Of a DNA stretch of 62,964 nucleotides, positions 39,198-52,230 are shown piece after piece; the first letter of the stretch is position 1; each line of letters opens with the position of its first letter. The translations under genes were made by a program, and so were the position numbers. Under the pieces are notes generated by a model that had not been told where the DNA came from, searched no databases, and saw only the letters and a list, made by a program, of their open reading frames with translations. The stretch comes from Girardia tigrina (Eukaryota), in NCBI GenBank assembly GCA_001938485.1, contig MQRK01232504.1, positions 1 through 62,964 of the forward strand, written 5' to 3'.

Positions 39198-39727
39198 TGT
39201 TGTATAACAGGGTCGGACGCCTCCTGTCTTGCCTGACATCTGCCTAGCAGTGCCAAGCTCAAGGGGCCTTCGGGTTCAGTTAAAGATAGGATAGGCTATG
39301 GGCCTCCCACCTTGGTCAGTATCAATAGGAGATGATTTCAATCTGTGCAACTGTGTACTCTTCCGATGAATGTATCGCTCATGACTGTCTGTATGTTGTC
39401 ACTGTGTGACACTGTATTTAAGTATAAACTGATCGTCATTGCAACGGAAAACTCGTAACACTGCAGTTTTCATGACTTGTGGCCGCGCTGTATGTTAACC
39501 TACTTGCGGCATCGGGGAGTTCTGAAATATTATTGTCAGTGGCATGTTATACCATTACCGCCTCTAAACCCATGCATCTCATCCCTATCTGTGCTAGCGT
39601 CTCATATCGTATCAGTCGAATTTGTTGCAGCTCAATTAAATTAATTCACTCAATATGAGTAAGTCTTAATAACCTACTTTACTTTAATTCCATCCTAATT
39701 ACCTTTAATAAATTTCTACCAACAACA
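39198..39727 (+). mobile_element. Solo-LTR-like GC-rich segment
   Basis: TGTTGT...ACAACA termini, a TATA-like tatttaagtataaa at ~39415-39428 and AATAAA at ~39707. No TSD found. Confidence 0.5.
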
Positions 39728-39834
39728 GGTTTAAAAATTTTCAATTTAAAACCCTTCAATTTGAGGTCAGAAGATCTCTTCGAAGAACACTCTCAATCAC
39801 ATTAAAATGGTAATGTCTAACCTAATCAAGATTC

Positions 39835-41335
39835 TGTTATACTAATTTTATTATAAAAGAAAAACTTTATTATAATTCGTAAAACTCCCCTTAACCGCCT
39901 GTAAACAATTAAAATCATAAGATCCGTTATAAAATTATTGTCCAAACGTATTTATTAATGTAAATAAAAACTAAATCCATTAACTTAATCAAAATTTACA
40001 GTTTAAAATTTACAGGTATTCGGAGGTTCGCTGGCTAAGTTGTCAATCGGTCAGATGTGAATAGTTTTCGCTCGTCGGCGCGTCAGTCGGTTGAAGCGCT
40101 TGTCGGTAAATCTGCTCTAGGATTCGGGATTCACTCTCTCGATGCCGTAATTCGTCGATCGGTACTTCATTCGGTCTTCACGGATAAGCTGTCGTTCGTC
40201 GGCGTGGTGCTTTTAGGTTCAACTGTTCTCGCTCGAAGTTTCTTGGTAATGCGTAAGTGTAAGTCTTGCTTTTTATTTCGAAAATGTGCGACTTAATGAA
40301 AAAATGATTCTTGTTTTATACCTTAGCTAGGTTGTCCTGTTGTCCCTTCTCGTCAATCGCCTGCTGCCAGCAAGAAGTCTACAAAATTCTGCGATGCTGG
40401 TTGATCGGGCTTGTTCGTGTGTCTCCAAAAATTTTTTGGTAATTTTTGATTTATTATGGAATTTTGTAATTGTATGTTGATACATACGTTATCATTTTCA
40501 GGACACACGCGCGGCTTATTCACCGGTGATTAATACGGAATCATCATATGATGCCTATTCTTGGAGTCACGGTTGACTCATGGTAATTTTAATTAATTTT
40601 CTATATTTGTTAATTAACTTTTGAATCTTTCAGGGGTTATATCTTCTCTCAGGAAGGTGCTAGGGCCTTGCGGTTTTCGCCAAGATATTGCTCTTGCGAT
40701 GCTCTTTCACAGGAGGGTCGCTTGACCCCCTAGATCTATTGGATACCTCGGTAAGGAACTTCGTTGGTTTTTGTCTGTTTTTTAATTAATTATTACTCTT
40801 TCAGGGTCAATAACTTCTTTCGGGGATCTATCAGTGTCTTACGGGTTCCATTCAGGGACTCGCCTTGTGTGGGGCTACACGGAGGGGGTCGGATGACCTC
40901 TTAATTCCATTGGGTGTTTCGGTAAGGAACTTTATTATTTTTCGGGTTTATTTTAATTAATTCTTGTTCCTTTTAAGATTTATAACTTCTCTCAGGGGTC
41001 TGCCCCGTTTTGACGGGTCACCGTCACGCGTGCGCTTCATGATGCTCCAACTGTGGAGGGGCGGTTGATCGATTTTTCGTCATCGGGTAAGTTTTTTCTC
41101 AACTTTGTTTTTTTTCTTTATGTTACATTTTTAGCTCTTAATCTATGTCTTCGATGTCCTACCGGCCTTCTGGAGTGCCTCGGCAGCTTTGAAACTTATC
41201 TGCTGTAGATGTCGTATGCATTAAATATATGTATTAAATTTAACTGACTTTCTTTTCCTTCTGTTTGCTGAGTGCTATGTTTGCGTGTTTGTGTAATTAT
41301 GTTAAAATGTATTAATGGGTTTTTCGACCGCAACA
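39835..41335 (-). mobile_element. LTR-like element copy C with three tandem exon+intron modules on the opposite strand
   Basis: Terminus ttttcgaccgcaaca at 41335 and TATAAAA on minus at 40320-40314. Plus-strand GT-AG introns at 40253-40330, 40439-40501, 40583-40633, 40751-40804, 40922-40977 and 41087-41134. Left end approximate. Confidence 0.7.
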
Positions 41336-42779
41336 ATAGTTTTGAAATCTGAAACTGATAAGGATTGTGTGAATTTTACAGATTTTTGGATGTCGAATTT
41401 GAAGATGTAGAAAATGAAGCTGATGAAATATCTGCTGTTGGTAATTCTTGTTTTGGTTGGGGTTAACCAAACAAAAATTGCTATAAATATTTTAGAATAT
41501 TTTAATTCAATTATTAATTTACTGATCGTGGAAAGATAATTCTTTGATGAATTTAACTCAATTAACAGTAAATCAAAGAATACTCTCTCGAATATTGATC
41601 TGGTAATAAGGTAATCAAGAGTTAATGATTGTCCGAGCAATAAAAATAAATATATCTTTTTAATAATGCAACCAGAGTTTAAAACATATATTAATCTCCA
41701 ATTAACTCTTAAAGACAATAATATATTAACCAGTAAAATACAAATACTTATCAGGATATTCAAACCAATTAGTGCATACAAAGTACGCAGTCCGAATGGT
41801 ATCAATATTCAACAGTCACTGTTTAATAAAATACAGCCGGAAAACCGAAAGTTGCAACTCTAATGGCACGAATATTCGACAGTTAACGTCCAATACAATT
41901 ATCAGTCAGATAGACTCCCGAAATAGGCTATATATTGGCTATAAATTGACACAAAACCGACAAGAAAAATCCGATTGTGATAGAAATCGCCGAATTAATG
42001 AATTAATAATCTCAATAATAACTTATGTATTTCGTTGTTTAGTAATTTATTGATTTATCGATTCTTTTACTTATTTAATTTTTAAAACTTAATTTCTAAT
42101 TTTTTGACTGAATGTATAAATTATTATTCTAGTTTCTTTTTCCTTCTTTTTTTCCTTTCTTTTTCCTACTGAATAATATACAACCTCTCTTCATCAAAAA
42201 TAAAAAAAAATAAAATAATATTACACAATAAAAAATAAATAATTGTGCCGATAACTTAAATAAATCATGCACATACTAAGACCAAGATCGTGATGTATAT
42301 ACTTAAATGACCCATAAATCGCACAAATATTAGCTCTTGAATTTACATTATTATTATTCAAAAAAATAAAGAAAAAAAACAAGGTGTTGAATATAAACGA
42401 CACGACATTAGACCCTCCTTGCAAGTGCGGAGCATGTCATAAATTTTTATTTAGTAGGTGGTGGATAGTTTGATTCTCGATAAGTTTACATATGTGTCTT
42501 TTACGTTGATCGTAAGTAAAACACAGTTGTTGGTTATCAATTTAAAACTTAACACAAATCTTTTTTCAAAGTTTTTTGAGTTTTTAATTTTTACATATGC
42601 TACAGTATTTTCCGGGATATTTTTATTGTTGTTGTTGTTTAGTGTTTTCAGTTTTCGATTAAGTTATTGCGTGTTTTTTTTGGTAAGAATATATAGCGTG
42701 CAATTACCTTCCTTACTGCTAATCTTATATCGAAGAGCTAATAAGTTTTGTGAGAGATTAGAGAGCTAATTCTTGTCGT

Positions 42780-45371
42780 TACCTAAAGTTCGTAAAGTCT
42801 CTTTTATTTCTGTAGGAAATCTTTCAACTTTTCCGTTACATTGAGGATTGTAGGCCGTCGTTTTACTTTTTAAGATTTTGTATTTTTTGCAAATTTCTTT
42901 AAAAATATCAGACTCAAATTGTCGGCCTTGATCGCTTATTAATTTTGATGGTGGTCCAAACCTTATGATCCAATTCTCTTCAAACCATCGCGAAAATCTT
43001 TTGGCTGGGATATCTTTTGCTGTACCGACTTCGAACCAATTAGATTTACGATCAATTGCTGTGAATAAATATCTACAGGGTGCGGCAGCTATTTGAGAAC
43101 ACGTAATATAGACACCATATCTTTTTGTGTGTTATAATTACATAATTTTATTTTTGCTGGTAGACATGGCAGAAGCTACTCTTANNNNNNNNNNNNNNNN
43201 NNNNNNNNNNNNNNNNNNNNNNNNNNNNNNNNNNNNNNNNNNNNNNNNNNNNNNNNNNNNNNNNNNNNNNNNNNNNNNNNNNNNNNNNNNNNNNNNNNNN
43301 NNNNNNNNNNNNNNNNNNNNNNNNNNNNNNNNNNNNNNNNNNNNNNNNNNNNNNNNNNNNNNNNNNNNNNNNNNNNNNNNNNNNNNNNNNNNNNNNNNNN
43401 NNNNNNNNNNNNNNNNNNNNNNNNNNNNNNNNNNNNNNNNNNNNNNNNNNNNNNNNNNNNNNNNNNNNNNNNNNNNNNNNNNNNNNNNNNNNNNNNNNNN
43501 NNNNNNNNNNNNNNNNNNNNNNNNNNNNNNNNNNNNNNNNNNNNNNNNNNNNNNNNNNNNNNNNNNNNNNNNNNNNNNNNNNNNNNNNNNNNNNNNNNNN
43601 NNNNNNNNNNNNNNNNNNNNNNNNNNNNNNNNNNNNNNNNNNNNNNNNNNNNNNNNNNNNNNNNNNNNNNNNNNNNNNNNNNNNNNNNNNNNNNNNNNNN
43701 NNNNNNNNNNNNNNNNNNNNNNNNNNNNNNNNNNNNNNNNNNNNNNNNNNNNNNNNNNNNNNNNNNNNNNNNNNNNNNNNNNNNNNNNNNNNNNNNNNNN
43801 NNNNNNNNNNNNNNNNNNNNNNNNNNNNNNNNNNNNNNNNNNNNNNNNNNNNNNNNNNNNNNNNNNNNNNNNNNNTACGTGTTAATATATGTAAAATTTT
43901 AAATTGTAATAAATGTTATTTTTCTGTTGTATATTCATTTTTTGAACTTTATGTCATTTTGTTCTCAAATAGCTGCCGCACCCTGTATATTCTTTGTTAC
44001 TTGGTAGTGGACCAACGATACCTAAGTGTACACATTCTAAATTATCATATTCTTCAAATTTAATTTTATCTAATTTGGATGATTGGTTAATCTATTAAGA
44101 TTGCAATTTTTACAATTTGTTTAGAATGATCTAACACTTTTTCGCATGGATGGTCAACAAAATTGAAGGTGTAATAATTCATATGTTGTGTTAATACCGT
44201 AGTGTCCTAAATTGTGCATTGAGCATATACATTTATCTTGTAAACTAATGGGTATCAGTAGTCTGGGGTTTATAAAAGTAGCTGATGTCATACCAAATGT
44301 TGGAAAACTGTATGACCTTCAAGGATTTAGAATTAAGAGCTACTTTCTAAACCTCTTGTTGTTTGTCTTTTATGTCTTCTAATGATATTATTGGTTTTAA
44401 ATTGATCTCGTTAATGTCTCGTTTAGATAAATAGTCTGCGACTATATTGCTTTTCCAGGCTATATATTTTATGTTGCAATTGAAATGTGATATGAAGCTT
44501 GTTTATCGAAGCTGCCTTGGGCTTGGCTTTCATTTGTAGTGTATGTAATAACGGTTTATGGTCTGAGTATAACGAATTTTCGTGATTCCAAGCTTTTTTC
44601 TGAAATGTTTTATTCCATCAAATATTGCTAATAACTTTCGTTCGTAAGTTGAGTATCGTTGTTCTTGACTTTTAAGTTTTCAAGAATGGAATCCAACTGG
44701 TAGAGTTTCACCATTTATTGTTTATTTTAAGACCGATCCTATGGTTAGATTAGATGCGTCCATTGTTAAACTTAAGTCAGAATTTTCTTATAACATTTTC
44801 AAGCTCATTGCTTTTTGTAAGAGTTTATGTTAGCATTTAGTTGAACTTTGTCATTTTTCTTATGACCTTTGATTAGATCTGTCAATGGAGTCAGTATCTC
44901 GGAACAGTGTGGTATACATTGATGGTAAAAATTGATCATGCCAATCAATCTACTAATGTCTCGGATTATTTCTGGTTCATTTAGGCTTATAATATTTTCT
45001 AATTTCTCTTTTATTGGACATAATTGTTGATTGGAGATGTTATATCTAAGAAAGTTTATATTTTCTTTTCCGATATTAAACTTGAATAGATTAATCTTAA
45101 ATCCAAAATCCTCTAATTTGGTGAATATATTTCGTAAGTCAGAAATGTGAGTGTTGAGATCTACGCTTCCAATGATAATATCGTCCAGGTATACTACTGC
45201 ATTATTCATATTTCTAAAATTGAGATCCATCGCTCTCTGGAAAGTTGCTGAAGCGTTTTTAAGGTCAAAATGCATTTTGCAGAGCTCACAAAGCCGAAAT
45301 GGTGCCTTTTCAAGATCTATTTTGCTAAAAATTTTGGCTTTATTTAACCTGGTAGTGACATCTAGTGACAA
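42780..45371 (-). mobile_element. Degenerate Ty3/Gypsy pol (RT, RNase H, integrase)
   Basis: FSKIDL, LKNASATFQR, VYLDDIII (RT). MDASN and YSTYERKLLAI (RNase H). IVGPLP, RFGPPSKLISDQGRQFES and AYNPQCNGKVER (integrase). Confidence 0.93.
43076..43985. mobile_element. Tc1/mariner-superfamily insertion nested in the Gypsy integrase (interior mostly N gap)
   Basis: Perfect TIR CAGGGTGCGGCAGCTATTTGAGAACA / TGTTCTCAAATAGCTGCCGCACCCTG with TA duplication. Excision restores GPLPSNKEYRYLFTAIDR. Confidence 0.93.
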
Positions 45372-46919
45372 TAGGTTTTTTATTGAAATGTAATTCAGAG
45401 GAATACTTTTTTGAGCTCGAATTTTTCAAAAAAAACTATTTTATTCCTATCTCACAAATCAAGTTCAAAAAAAGTATTCCTCTGAATTATATTTAAAAAA
45501 CAATATTAATAATTGACGAATAATATGGTGATCGAAAAAATGTATTTTCTTAAAAAAAACAAATAAAGTAACAAATCCAGGAGCACCTATTAATCTTCCC
45601 AATCGTCACTACCTTTAAGTAACCAAATTTAAAGAAAAAATGTGTTTATTTTTCGAATCTTACTATAGACATTCAAAAGAGTAGCAGTTTTTGGTGTCCG
45701 GAGCCAAGATTTGAGACAGGGCTAGGTCAAGGCAAGTGTGATGAAGAATATCATAGAATAAAGAAAAAAATATATAAAGAAAAAAGAGGCGATAATACTA
45801 AATATGGTCAATGATAAATGAAATTTTTGCTCAATCATAATAAGTAAACGTTGATCTGTTATTGTAAATTAAATTTCGTAATGTGTGTTTGTGAATAAAA
45901 ATAATTCCGCGTTTAAAAAGATTTTCAAATTTAAGTCAGCGTGAATAGGGTTAAAATGGATTATTTGTGTTATTATAAAAAAAACAGATTATTGTTTCTT
46001 TGCCATAGGGTTCCAACAAAAATAATATTTTAACTCTAGAGTTTCTCAGACGAAAAAGGTTTGAAGAGTACTGATTCTGTTATATCGGAACACTGGAAAA
46101 AAATCGAAAAATATATTTTGACAATAAATTATAACATAGTATACGAATTCAGGGCCTAACAACCGCACATTAAAACACGATAATAACGATTAATTAGTTA
46201 TTTAAATTTTCACCCTGCAATTCATCCTACAAATTCAATTGATATTTCTAATACCTTGATAATATTAATATGGGGTTTGAAATTTCCAAGAAATAATCAA
46301 TTTTTGAATTTAAAAAAAATCAAATCTAATTTGGACGGAATAAAAACTTCAAGTGGTAAAATCGAAAACAAAATTGACATACTCTAATATATTAGTTTTA
46401 ATTAATAAACATGTTACAACAGATGATAAATATACATTGAAGTATGTGGACATATATCTGATCGGATATCAGATAGTTTAAAATATAATAAAGAAAATTG
46501 TGTAATTACATTAAAATATATTTCTATGAATTAAGATTTAATACATAAATTTTCTAAAAAATAATATCAGTTTATTTTAATAAAATCATTTGAAAAGATA
46601 AGAGTACTTCATGATAATTAAATTATATTAAGTATAAAAATGGTATAAAGACGCACCAAATATAAGACTTAAGACAATAGAATTCATACTATTGTGTCAA
46701 AGTGTCGAAACCGATATAGAAAGAAATATCTGCAAGGGGTTGCGTCGAATCTATCGTTAAATTTAGTTGTTCTATTTTAATGATTAATAAACAATAATAT
46801 TTGTCCTTAAAGTTTAAAAATTTTTATTTATAGCAATTTTAAATTATTAAATTTTTATTAAATAAAAAAAGAACTTTTGAAATTTTTTTTATTTTTGCCA
46901 GCATTTAAATCATTTTCTG

Positions 46920-48194
46920 TACGGGAAGAGATTTAAATTGAGAACGGATCATAAAGCTATAACGTTTGAAACAAAGAAACCTTTAATGACTCAATTCCAA
47001 ACGTGGATGAATTACTTAAGTAGTTTGGAAATCGACATAGAATATAAAAAAGGGAGTGCAACACGGCAGCGGTGATATGTTATCAAGACAGAATTGCGAC
47101 ACATGAGCACAATGCCAAATGGAACACAAAGAAGCGAAAAAAGAAAAAAAACAAGACGAGATTATTAGCAGTGACTACGAGGAGTCAAACCAGAGCGGGT
47201 ATGAAAGAATGGATATTGAAAGAACAAAGAAGCGATCTCATCATACAAACACATAGGTTATTGTTCCATGCGGGAGCCGAAAAAGTATACGAATATCTGA
47301 GGGACAAGTTTGACATGGAAGAAGAAAAGAAAGCAATAAAAGAGGTGGTAGGATCATGCATCAGTGTCAACGAACAAAGACAATAACCCCAAAGACAAAG
47401 GAAGAAAATATAAAAATAACAACATCAGAAATATTTGAGAAAGTTTATATAGACATCTACGAACCATGGGATGCGACAGTAAGAAAAGAAAGATACATCA
47501 TGGGAATAATTGACCATTTCAGTAAATACTTGAGCTTGACAGCTATTAAAAGACAAGATGAAGAGACAATAGTACAAATGATATTACAGAAATGGATAAT
47601 AAAATTTGGAGCACCAAAAGAGATCCACGTAGACTGCGGGAAATGTTTCGAAGCGAAAAAAGTAAAAGAAATATTGGAAGCAAAAGGTATCGAATTGATC
47701 TTATCTAGCCCATATCACCATAACACAAATGGGATAATTGAAAGGCAGTTTGGACAATATGAGAATTCATACAAGCAAGTTTGAAAGAAAGAAATGCTAC
47801 AAGTTGGGCAGACATATTACCGGAAGTGGAATTTGCTATAAATGCAACGAAACAAAAGACGATAGGGTGCAGTCCAGCAGAAGTCGTATTTGGGAAGAAA
47901 ATAGATAGACAAAAGTGGTATGATAACAGTAAAATAAACTGGGAGGATACCAGAATAAGACTAGAAGAAAAAAACAAGTCAGAGGAAAATGTAACGCGAA
48001 GAATTTATAAGGTTGGCGAAAAGGTCTGGATACAAAAGGAAAATAGAACGAAAGTAGAAGATAGATTTGAGGACCCTTATGAAATTATAGAAAGAATTCA
48101 CGAAAGAAGTTACAAGTTGGAAGACAAAAATGGTAGACAACTTATTCGAAATGTTGAAAAATTCAAAAATTTTAAAAACGAGGGGGGATGTTAG
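46920..48194 (+). mobile_element. Ty3/Gypsy 3' pol fragment (RNase H end, HHCC zinc finger, integrase, GPY/F) with PPT
   Basis: RTDHKAI, H-RLLF-H...C-HQ-C, VYIDI, IHVDCG, SPYHHNTNGIIER and RFEDPYEI. PPT GAGGGGGGA at 48180-48188, directly followed by TGTT. Confidence 0.93.
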
Positions 48195-48950
48195 GGGTTC
48201 TTTTTGGTGAACTGTAAATTTTTTATATTTTTAAATTAAAAATCATATTTATATTTGAGATAAATTAAAAATAATGTTCTACTAATTAAAATAAAATAGC
48301 TTTTTATAAAAAAAAATAAGTTTATAGATAATATTTTTACCAATTAAAATGAAATAAGGTTTCAAAAAAAATATGGTTTATAGGTACTATTTTTAATAAT
48401 CAAACTTTTTATAAAAATTATGGTTCACAGATAGTATTTTACTAATTAAAATGAAATAAGTTTTTATAAAAAAATATAGTGTAATGATAATATTTTACTA
48501 ATTAAATTGGAACAACTTTTTATAAAAATTAGGTTTAAAAAATCACAATTAAAATAACAGTTTCAGAGTAAAAGAATATTGTAAAGAAGATTTTGATATA
48601 TCTTGCAACACTATTTAAAATAAAAATCATAATCTTTATTGAATTTAATTGTCAACGGAAAAGTTTTATTAAAAAAAATAAATTATTGAATATCATATAT
48701 TCAAGTTCTAAAATAAAAATCATAATGCTTTATTGAAGTTAATTGTTCACGGAAAGTCTTATTAAAATAATTAATTTATAATTGAATGATTTAAAATTAA
48801 AGAAAAAAATATTTAGGAATTGAATTTTTACAGGACATGTCCCATTAAAATAATTGTAAAGATCTAAATTTATATTTAAATTAATAAACATTGTAAAAAT
48901 TAATAAAACAAAAACAAAATATGATTTATGCAAAATTGAATAAAATAACA
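48189..48950 (+). repeat. Putative 3' LTR of the Gypsy fragment, with internal ~60-bp tandem repeats
   Basis: Begins TG immediately after the PPT. Repeated ctaattaaaat...tttttataaaaa units. The 3' end is uncertain. Confidence 0.5.
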
Positions 48951-49237
48951 TATATGTAATATAAATCGATATTATTATTTATATTTAGAATTTTAAAATC
49001 TAGTTTATATAACAGAAATATTGTTCCTCATAAATTTGTTTGTATAATGAAAGTTTTATTAGAAAATAAAGTTTGCGGATAATGACTTTGGATTTTAATC
49101 ACAAACCCAATAAATTACATAAACTGTGATATATATATATATATATTGAAACTCACGATACTTTACTCCGCCGTAAGGGGTTATAGAAGTAATGACATTA
49201 AGGAAGAATATAGCATGCCATGAAAAATATAGTAGAC

Positions 49238-49600
49238 CTAGATTGTGCCTAAAAATGAAACAGTTAGTTTGAGTCTCCATAACATCAATAAAAGAAGTTA
49301 TTTGTGTTGTACTTGGTGAAAGGCTGTGTCCTCGTGGACTCGAGTACTAATACCAACCTTCACGAAACACGTACAACCAGTTTTAAAATCAAATCAGTTT
49401 AGTTTTACAGAGACGAAAATTGTAGAGTGAATCTTATTTTTAGCTCGGAAAACCAAATCCAAAGTTGCCAGATGCAAAGTAATTTGTGATGAGTTGGAAC
49501 AGCTGTGGAAAGAAATGGATTTACCATCATGTTGTAAGACATCTATTTAAAGAAAAGTTGAGAAATTATTTTTAAATATGAAATGGACCTAAACGGACCA
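49238..49600 (+). mobile_element. Possible hATm-type transposase N-terminal remnant
   Basis: VICDELEQLWKEMDLP...I*RKVEKLF resembles hATm N-termini (EVxxIWxKAxIP...IxxKIxKL). Confidence 0.35.
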
Positions 49601-49831
49601 GTAAGAAAAGCGGACAAATAATAAAATATCCCTTAAATTAGTAAAATTTCCTTTAAATTAATAAATTTCCAATAAATTTGTAAAAAGTCTTATAATTTAG
49701 AAAAGAAATTCTTTAAATTAGTAAAAAATTCCTTAGTGTGCTTAAAATCCATAATTTTAGTACATAATTCCATTTAGTAAAATAATGACTAGATTTCGCA
49801 AAGATATAAAAATGTATTAAACACAGAAATG

Positions 49832-49848
49832 CAACAACAACAACAACA

Positions 49849-49906
<58 letters not shown>
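49832..49906. repeat. Compound microsatellite (CAA)n(CA)n(TA)n
   Basis: Directly visible. Confidence 0.95.
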
Positions 49907-49910
<4 letters not shown>

Positions 49911-50600
49911 AGAAAACACAAAAATCAGTGTTTTGAAAATAAAACCAATGGAGAGTTTCGCTGGATATACCGTTGGAAAGCTCACACAAAACTGTACCAG
50001 AAAGCACTCAAGGAAAGATTCATACCACTTTCAGAGAAAAATAATAAACGAAATAAAATATTATAGTCTCATTTTTACACACTTTTTGCTCACTGTATAT
50101 ATAAATTTTTAGTAAAATAAAAATTATTTTTTTATTAAAATATTCCTTCAAAAATAAAATTAATAAATTATTAATATTGTCAAAATGAAATTTATGTTGA
50201 ACCAGGAGATTTGAACTAATAAAAAAATACTTAATAAAAATATTAATTTCCGGACTTTAAAAAAAATTTATTTCTTCTCAGAAGAAGCGGATTATTAAAA
50301 AACATTAAAAAACAAATAAGTTACTTTTTGGGAAGAAAAATAAATTTAATTTATTAAAATCAAACCTGAAATAAATCGAATTTTAGATTCATGAAGAAAA
50401 AACTTGACAAAAAAATTATAAATATTAAAATAAGCTTTCCCAATTAATTAAATAAAATTTATCAAATAAATGCCAAAATATTTTATTTTATTAATATAAA
50501 TTTTGTCAAAGTTAATTTTAAAAGATAATTATATCTTACATTATTAATTAAATTTGAATACTATGAATATTTGTATCAGACCGTTCTATAATTAATAATA

Positions 50601-50702
50601 TTGGGTGTACAACTAATTAATTTCGTATTTTTTTGTTAAAAAAACCATTTATTTAAGTATAAAAGTGATAACAAATACGAAATTAATTAGTTGTACACCT
50701 AA
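50601..50702. mobile_element. Mariner-derived ~100-bp MITE
   Basis: TA|TTGGGTGTACAACTAATTAATTTCGTATTT ... AAATACGAAATTAATTAGTTGTACACCTAA|TA. Confidence 0.9.
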
Positions 50703-51439
50703 TATAATAATTTATTACTTTTTAACAACTTCTCCTTTAACACAATGGATCAAATTGAAATACAAATTCAACAATTAAACATTCAAAAAATAAAAATAAT
50801 TAAATAAAAATCATGAAAATATACAGAAAAAATTATTAAATGAGCGGTACTACAGAGAGCTTAAGCGTATTCCTAAAAAAATGATCAAGGGGGGTTAAAA
50901 GTCGTCGTTTGATCTAAACAGATTAAAACTCAGAAATATATTTTAATAATATATCTATACCTGGAATACCTATTTTTTTCTTACTTCAACAGCTGCTCAA
51001 TCAAACCTTAATATTTTTGAGAAGCAAAAGCAGAAACATTAATATTAAAATTAAACCTGCAGATGTTTTACTTCTGATTTCCAAACAAATCTTTATTTTG
51101 AAACGTAAACCAATTTATAATATAAACTGACATTTACATAGAGTTTATAAAAATAGTAGTGTACTAATTTAATATTATTAATAAATTGAATAATAAAAGA
51201 ATAATTTACATGGAATGTTTTCCGAATAAAAATAATGTTCAAAAAAAATTCCATTTGATGGTATTAAAAAATCAAGAATTATAGACAAAAGAATCGATTG
51301 AATTTCATGATATTTATTATTGTTTCTGTTTGACTCTATTAAATAAATTGATTCGGCGCAAATTGTGTTTTGATTTTTTTAGTGAAAATTGCCATTGTTT
51401 TGCTTAGTCAAAATTCTTATTAATCCAAATGAATTATCT

Positions 51440-51657
51440 GTCTCAAGAGTCGTCTGCCAGATCCAATTCATTGACTTGGATAAGTACCGCCTCGTCGGGA
51501 CTCTCTTCAGTAATGGTTTTTTGAGACTATATACCAACTGCTGTCTCAACCACTTGTCTACCTTCATCTTGCTGGTCTTTGATGCCTTTGCCGTTTTTGA
51601 TTCGCTTCCGAAACCAGCTGGGTCTTTGGGGTTGAACCATATCTTTTTCATCAACAC
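51440..51657 (-). mobile_element. Polinton/Maverick integrase N-terminal fragment
   Basis: WFNPKDPAGFGS...VDKWLRQQLVYSLKKPLLKRVPTRR...WIWQ matches the Polinton integrase N-terminus (YYDPxxPxSFGG...VxxWLxxQxAYTLHKPxxxxFPRR...QWQADL). Confidence 0.8.
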
Positions 51658-51784
51658 ATCAATTTCACTTAATATTCAATGCTAGATTAGGAAATGACGA
51701 CGTTGAGCCCATATCGAACGTTAATATAATAATTCAATTACCGTTTATATTTATTTTTTAGTATTAGCATAATTTTCAAAGGCC

Positions 51785-52230
51785 TTAGTATAATGCCTTT
51801 TTTGTACCATATGATATGGCTCCACTCGCAACTGCTGGAACAATAAAACGGGCAAGCCATTGAAAGAATGGTATTAAAGCAGCCCATACGAAACCATTAC
51901 CATCTTGATTTCTTTGCTGATTTTGTTTCTTTTTCTTTATTTCATGTAATACTTTAGCACCAAAATAATTTGTATTTGATTTTGTAGGTGATTTTTGTGA
52001 TTGATTTTTTTGATTAAGAATATGTAGTTTTGTTTTTAATGTCCTTGTCTTGAACATTTTAAGTAATGTATCTTGATACTTCTTCAAAGACCTTTTGTAA
52101 TTGCCAATTTTTACATTGCCAGCCACAATATTCATCAGAACTTCAATGAAATCCTTCTGTACAAATGCTGGGAACTTATGTATTAGGTGTATAACTTAGT
52201 TTTTTGGATTTTCTAAGAGATGGTGTAACC
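51785..52230 (-). mobile_element. Polinton/adintovirus small basic protein with GxGF-hydrophobic tail (cupiennin-like ORF)
   Basis: IEVLMNIVAGNVKI...LKKYQDTLLKM...QDGNGFVWAALIP resembles the Polinton ORF pattern ECxxNILxGNVxL...LxKxKxxLRxL...QxGGFL. It lies just upstream of the integrase. Confidence 0.65.

Noticed and set aside
39298-39330. HDV-like ribozyme core (gcc tcccacctt ggt)
   Set aside because: A P3/L3-like motif is present but no P1, P1.1 GG, or J4/2-P2 partner could be found.
41302-42769. Hydrophobic ORFs (167 aa, 103 aa) as membrane or env proteins
   Set aside because: I/L/F/Y richness is expected from AT-rich DNA and no motif was recognised.
43127-43885. 252-aa ORF, and other X-rich ORFs at 49-345, 9021-9566 and 34433-34656
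   Set aside because: These are open only because they read through N gaps.
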